From Puniceicoccales bacterium (GTDB lineage Bacteria; Verrucomicrobiota; Verrucomicrobiia; Opitutales; LL51): a DNA stretch of 10,311 nucleotides. The position numbers and the translations under genes are program-made. The notes beneath the pieces are model-generated. The model searched no databases. It had not been told where the DNA came from and was given only the letters and a program-made list of their open reading frames with translations. Shown here piece by piece: positions 7,182 to 10,311 of the stretch. Positions within the stretch are counted from its first letter, which is position 1, and each line of letters begins with the position of its first letter. Location of the stretch: contig JAITBP010000004.1 in assembly GCA_031283585.1 (NCBI GenBank), forward strand, positions 1 to 10,311, in the 5' to 3' direction.

Positions 7182-9386
7182 ATGCAATTGGCCAGAGTAG
7201 TTTTGTTTTCGGCGGTGGATAGGGCATTTGTTTACATCGTCCGGAAGGAGCTGGTCGATGTGCTAGTGGTTGGCATGTTGGTCCAGGTACCGCTGGGCCC
7301 CAGGTTGGTCCAGGCTGTTGTGCTGGAATTGATTGATTCCGATGGTGATAGTTATGAATTTGAGCTCCGCGAAATTTCTAGTATAGTCCATGCGGTTCCG
7401 GTGGTAAGTAATGATGTCATCGCATTATGTCGTTGGGTATCAGAATATTATAATGCGTCATTGGCCAGTGTTTTCGAGTGTGCTGTGCCCAGCGTTTTGC
7501 GTAGAAATTTCTCAACCAGGTTATCAACGGTGATAAAGGTAGCTAAGTTGTTGGATGATAATGAGTTACTGAAACTATTTCGTAAAGCTCCAAAGCAGCA
7601 TCAGGCCTATAGTTATCTCAGGACCGCCGGTGGTTGCCCGAGGAAGGACTTGCTGGAATTGTTTTCGGTAAGTGTGGTTAACAGCTTGGTCGACAAAGGG
7701 ATATTTATCGAAGAATTTCGGAATGAACCGCGGCTGGCCCAGGACGATGACCAGGCCGAGGGTCATGGTTTTCGGGCCCTGACATTAACCAAAGCCCAAC
7801 AGGCCGTGGCAGATGACATAAAGGCCAGTTTGGCTAGGCGGTTGTTTTCCGTACATTTGCTTCAGGGCGTTACCGGATCCGGAAAAACTGAGGTATATCT
7901 CGATGCTATAGAAAGTGTTATAAAACATGGCGGCGAGGTTTTATATCTGGTACCTGAGTTGGCTTTGACGCCGCAGACGTTGGCCAGAATTCGGAATCGG
8001 TTTTCTGGGTACGGTGTGGTGCTATGGCACAGTAACCTTTCAGACGGAGAGAGAAAGGACGCATGGCTGGCCATTGCCAGTGGTGAAGTCAGTGTGGTTG
8101 TTGGGGCCAGATCCGCCCTGTTTGTACCGCTGAAAAATCTGCAGTTGGTAATTGTGGATGAGGAGCACGACCAATCCTACAAGCAGAGTGACCAGCCCAG
8201 GTATAACGGGCGGGATGTGGCTGTGTACCGGGCAAAACTTAACGATGCGCTGTGTATTTTAGGTTCGGCGACGCCGTCGACCGAGTCCTACCTCAATGTG
8301 TACCATAAGGGTTACAGGTTGAATGAGTTGAATCAGCGTGTCGGTAATAGTAGGTTGCCAACGATCCATTTGGTTGATAGAAGATATGAAAAATGTATTA
8401 TTTCTAACCTGTTGCGCGACAAGATCTTTGACAGGCTTGAAAAAAATGAGCAGGTGATTCTATTGCTCAATAGGAGGGGTTATGCGCCGACGGCCCTGTG
8501 TCCTAGTTGCGATTATGTGGCCAGATGTCCGAATTGCGATGTTTCCCTATCCTATCATCGCAGTCAGCAGGCGATGAAGTGCCATTTTTGCGGATACACC
8601 GAGCCACCGAGGACGAATTGCCCGAAGTGTGGTGGGTTGGAGATATTTTACAATGGCGTTGGTACGCAACGGCTTGAGCAAATTATTTCCGGGATGTTTC
8701 CCGGGGCATCCATTGCCCGGATAGATTCCGATGTCATGAGAAAAAAAGATGAATTTCGTATAATTTTATCAAAGTTTAGGAAAGGCCTTGTGGATATTTT
8801 GCTTGGAACCCAGATGATAGCTAAGGGGTTGGATTTTCCGAATGTCACGTTGGTTGGTGTGGTTGATTGCGATATCTCGTTGAATGTGCAGGACTTTCGG
8901 TCCATGGAGAGAACATTTCAGATGATCGTCCAGGTGGCTGGAAGAGCAGGGCGTGGCGACAGGAATGGTGAGGTTGTGTTGCAAACATTTAGGCCGGAGT
9001 GTATGGCCATAACCAAGGCTCGGAGTAACGACTTTTATGGTTTTATGGAGCTGGAGCTGGCCACCAGGCGGCATTTTGGTTATCCTCCCTACCGGAAGCT
9101 AATTCGGCATGTTATAATGAGTAGAAATGAGACCAAGGCGGAATTTTTTGCAAACAATTGGGGCCTATTTCTGGAAAAAAACATCACCGACCCGACCCTG
9201 GAGATGAAAGGCCCGACAAAATGTATGATTGAGAAGATAAACGGTTGGTATAGGTTTGCAATCTATTTTTTTGTGGTCGGTTCGGTGGGCAGTAGGGTAA
9301 AGACCCTCGATGCGCTGAGGAAGGAATTCGCCTTTCCTCGGGACATCAGGGAATACCTGGATGTGGATCCAGCGGACTGCGCCTAG
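7182..9386 (+). CDS. priA: Primosomal protein N' (replication restart helicase PriA)
   Basis: 734 aa. N-terminal 3'-DNA-binding-type region (VQVPLGPRLVQAVVLEL), Walker A GVTGSGKTEVY, DEEH box VIVDEEHD, Cys-rich zinc region CPSCDYVARCPNCDVSLSYH...CHFCGY...CPKCGG, helicase C motifs LGTQMIAKGLDFPNV and QVAGRAGRG. Confidence 0.95.
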   Translation: MQLARVVLFSAVDRAFVYIVRKELVDVLVVGMLVQVPLGPRLVQAVVLELIDSDGDSYEFELREISSIVHAVPVVSNDVIALCRWVSEYYNASLASVFECAVPSVLRRNFSTRLSTVIKVAKLLDDNELLKLFRKAPKQHQAYSYLRTAGGCPRKDLLELFSVSVVNSLVDKGIFIEEFRNEPRLAQDDDQAEGHGFRALTLTKAQQAVADDIKASLARRLFSVHLLQGVTGSGKTEVYLDAIESVIKHGGEVLYLVPELALTPQTLARIRNRFSGYGVVLWHSNLSDGERKDAWLAIASGEVSVVVGARSALFVPLKNLQLVIVDEEHDQSYKQSDQPRYNGRDVAVYRAKLNDALCILGSATPSTESYLNVYHKGYRLNELNQRVGNSRLPTIHLVDRRYEKCIISNLLRDKIFDRLEKNEQVILLLNRRGYAPTALCPSCDYVARCPNCDVSLSYHRSQQAMKCHFCGYTEPPRTNCPKCGGLEIFYNGVGTQRLEQIISGMFPGASIARIDSDVMRKKDEFRIILSKFRKGLVDILLGTQMIAKGLDFPNVTLVGVVDCDISLNVQDFRSMERTFQMIVQVAGRAGRGDRNGEVVLQTFRPECMAITKARSNDFYGFMELELATRRHFGYPPYRKLIRHVIMSRNETKAEFFANNWGLFLEKNITDPTLEMKGPTKCMIEKINGWYRFAIYFFVVGSVGSRVKTLDALRKEFAFPRDIREYLDVDPADCA

Positions 9387-9387
9387 G
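9318..9387 (+). repeat. Copy A of a 64-70-nt repeat (the native 3' end of priA including its stop codon)
   Basis: 9318-9333 is identical to 9999-10014 and 9340-9387 is identical to 10015-10062. The only difference is 6 nt (ttcctc, 9334-9339) present here and absent in copy B. Confidence 0.9.
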
Positions 9388-9388
9388 G

Positions 9389-9844
9389 TTATGGTTTGAC
9401 CTTAACCTCTATCTTGCCATCTTTAAACTCATAGGTGCCTGTGCCACCATTAGTACTCACGACCGTTAGTGTTTTAGTGTCACTAACATAACTAAAGTCC
9501 CACGGCGCCCCCCAGGGATCCAGTGGGATAGTACTGTCGAAAAAGTTCGCTAGCCCATTTAGGTTTGCTGTTGCAGGAGAAGCATCAGTAGCAGCCGTCA
9601 CCTTTATGCCATCAAGCGCTTTATTTACCAAGACATCATTATAATCCTTGTAGGCATAGAGGGCACTGCAGGCGGCTTTGACGGTGGATTCCAGGAAGGC
9701 CTTGGCGGCTTTCTTTTTACCGGAGTCCAACACACCACCCATGTTGCTGATACCCACACCGGCCAACACGGCTATAAGGGCGATGACAATCAGGATCTCC
9801 ATCAGCGTCATAGCCCGGTCTCTGTTTTTTAATATTCCATCCAT
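9389..9844 (-). CDS. GspG-like type II secretion pseudopilin with a prepilin-type N-terminal cleavage/methylation domain
   Basis: Short basic leader MDGILKNRDRA, then MTLMEILIVIALIAVLAGVGISN (Glu at +5, hydrophobic helix), GGVLDSGKKKAAKAFL, and LDPWGAPWDFSY matching the GspG DPWG motif. Strong Shine-Dalgarno sequence upstream. Its stop lies 2 nt from the priA stop (convergent). Confidence 0.85.
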   Translation of the reverse strand: MDGILKNRDRAMTLMEILIVIALIAVLAGVGISNMGGVLDSGKKKAAKAFLESTVKAACSALYAYKDYNDVLVNKALDGIKVTAATDASPATANLNGLANFFDSTIPLDPWGAPWDFSYVSDTKTLTVVSTNGGTGTYEFKDGKIEVKVKP

Positions 9845-9852
9845 AAATCAAA

Positions 9853-9858
9853 CTCCTT
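9853..9858 (-). promoter_or_regulatory. Shine-Dalgarno sequence AAGGAG for the pseudopilin gene
   Basis: The reverse complement of 9853-9858 is AAGGAG, 8 nt upstream of the ATG at 9844. Confidence 0.7.
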
Positions 9859-9904
9859 TTAAGATTTTTCTGCGTAGCAGTTTAGACAAAAACCGTACAT
9901 TGGC

Positions 9905-9948
9905 AAGAAAAAACAAAAAAAACGAAAAAAAACGAAAAAACAAAAAAA
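9905..9948. repeat. Array of five A-tracts (A6, A8, A8, A6, A7) separated by C or CG; T-rich on the pilin-coding strand
   Basis: gcaagAAAAAAcAAAAAAAAcgAAAAAAAAcgAAAAAAcAAAAAAAtgc. Tract centres are spaced about 8, 10, 9 and 7.5 bp apart. The array lies 61-104 bp upstream of the pseudopilin ATG (9844). Confidence 0.8.
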
Positions 9949-9996
9949 TGCAGCCAGCACAGTTACCAGTGTGATAGCGATCAAAATTTCCATCAT
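9949..9996 (-). pseudogene. Orphan fragment of a prepilin N-terminal hydrophobic helix (no leader peptide, no globular domain)
   Basis: Minus-strand ATGATGGAAATTTTGATCGCTATCACACTGGTAACTGTGCTGGCTGCA encodes MMEILIAITLVTVLAA, against pilin 1 LMEILIVIALIAVLAG (10/16 aa identical, 31/48 nt). The reading frame then runs through the T-tract array as Phe-rich low complexity to a TAA at 9859-9861 (45 codons in total). It abuts the priA relic with a 2-nt gap. Confidence 0.55.
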
Positions 9997-9998
9997 CT

Positions 9999-10062
9999 AG
10001 GAAGGAATTCGCCTGGGACATCAGGGAATACCTGGATGTGGATCCAGCGGACTGCGCCTAGG
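9999..10062 (+). pseudogene. Copy B of the repeat: relic of the priA 3' end (last 20 codons plus stop), not part of any ORF
   Basis: Would encode RKEFAWDIREYLDVDPADCA*, against native RKEFAFPRDIREYLDVDPADCA*. An in-frame TAG lies 24 nt upstream (9975-9977) and similarity to priA stops at 9998/9999. All 64 aligned nt are identical to 9318-9387. Confidence 0.85.
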
Positions 10063-10311
10063 CTTTGGGTATGATATCAACAGTTATCTTTCCATTTACA
10101 AACGTATAATTGCCTTTGTCACCATTACTACTCTCGACCTTTAGGGTAGGACCTATTACGTTCTTGTCGCTCTTATCAGCATAACTAAACTTCCACGGCG
10201 CCCCCCAGGGGTCCAGTGGGGTAGTACTGTCGAAAAAGGTCGCTAGCCCCTTTAGGTCCGTAATTGGAGTATTAGCATCCGTTGTTATGTCCTTAATCTC
10301 AGCCTTTACAT
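10058..10311 (-). CDS. Second GspG-like pseudopilin paralog; only the C-terminal ~84 codons are in the window
   Basis: My translation (open to the window edge): ...VKAEIKDITTDANTPITDLKGLATFFDSTTPLDPWGAPWKFSYADKSDKNVIGPTLKVESSNGDKGNYTFVNGKITVDIIPKA*. It aligns with pilin 1 (...NLNGLANFFDSTIPLDPWGAPWDFSYVSDTKTLTVVSTNGGTGTYEFKDGKIEVKVKP*). Its stop (rc of 10058-10060) shares the CCTAGG palindrome with the relic priA TAG. Confidence 0.85.
   Translation of the reverse strand, partial: VKAEIKDITTDANTPITDLKGLATFFDSTTPLDPWGAPWKFSYADKSDKNVIGPTLKVESSNGDKGNYTFVNGKITVDIIPKA

Noticed and set aside
56-9074. The remaining short track ORFs (56-253, 764-1150, 1400-1657, 1708-1962, 2817-3032, 2962-3189, 3757-3987, 4318-4656, 4595-4885, 4678-4881, 4882-5313, 5341-5658, 5680-6147, 7575-7766, 7862-8074, 8648-8905, 8769-9074).
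   Set aside because: All lie entirely inside, and antisense to or out of frame with, long ORFs that carry unambiguous family motifs. Their translations are low-complexity or Ser/Leu/Arg-rich shadow frames.
9343-9364. Imperfect hairpin ACATCAGG-GAATA-CCTGGATGT inside the repeated priA tail, considered as a bidirectional terminator for the priA/pilin pair.
   Set aside because: The stem has one bulge and neither strand has a flanking U-tract, so it does not meet intrinsic-terminator criteria. It may still matter if the repeat is functional, but I cannot support that.
9845-9960. Search for a sigma54 (TGGCAC-N5-TTGC) promoter upstream of the pseudopilin gene, as is common for pilin genes.
   Set aside because: The closest candidate (cTGGCTGCATTTTTTTGT on the minus strand) has the wrong spacing and lacks the GC dinucleotide. 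I make no call.
9678-9974. 98-aa plus-strand ORF ending in KNKKNEKKRKNKK.
   Set aside because: Its first half is antisense to the pseudopilin gene. Its lysine-rich tail is simply the A-tract array read in frame. It has no Shine-Dalgarno sequence and no domain-like sequence.
1-10311. Scan for CRISPR repeats, tRNA/rRNA genes, IS elements, integrases, toxin-antitoxin pairs or defence-type gene clusters.
   Set aside because: None were found. Non-coding space totals under 400 bp in four short spacers, and every long ORF has a confident housekeeping or pseudopilin assignment.

Overview
Densely coding chromosomal segment from what appears to be a diderm, LPS-making, moderately AT-rich bacterium; the lineage cannot be assigned from sequence alone. 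Order left to right: (1) a minus-strand, translationally coupled Mla/MCE-type lipid-trafficking operon (MlaF-like ATPase, single-MCE MlaD-like protein, PqiC/YmbA-like lipoprotein running off the left edge) with no MlaE permease gene adjacent; (2) a 33-codon, extremely basic bS22-like small ribosomal protein gene that the ORF track hides inside a longer 69-aa ORF, followed by kdsB; (3) minus-strand malQ and a fused murC-murB gene (718 aa); (4) priA; (5) a GspG-like pseudopilin gene convergent with priA, then a second diverged pseudopilin paralog running off the right edge. I saw no rRNA, tRNA, CRISPR array, transposase or integrase. Most of the window is ordinary housekeeping, and I cannot point to a multi-gene system of unknown proteins. 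The part that standard annotation does not explain is the last ~1 kb. An exact copy of the last 64-70 nt of priA is repeated 681 bp downstream, again immediately 3' of a pseudopilin gene. An orphan prepilin N-terminal helix fragment is fused directly to that relic. An array of five A6-8 tracts lies between the pilin genes. The two pilin paralogs are mosaic, with a 78-nt block 92% identical between strongly diverged flanks. Together this looks like a recombining or duplicating pseudopilin cassette locus rather than a simple gene pair. All family assignments come from motif recognition by eye; no searches were run.
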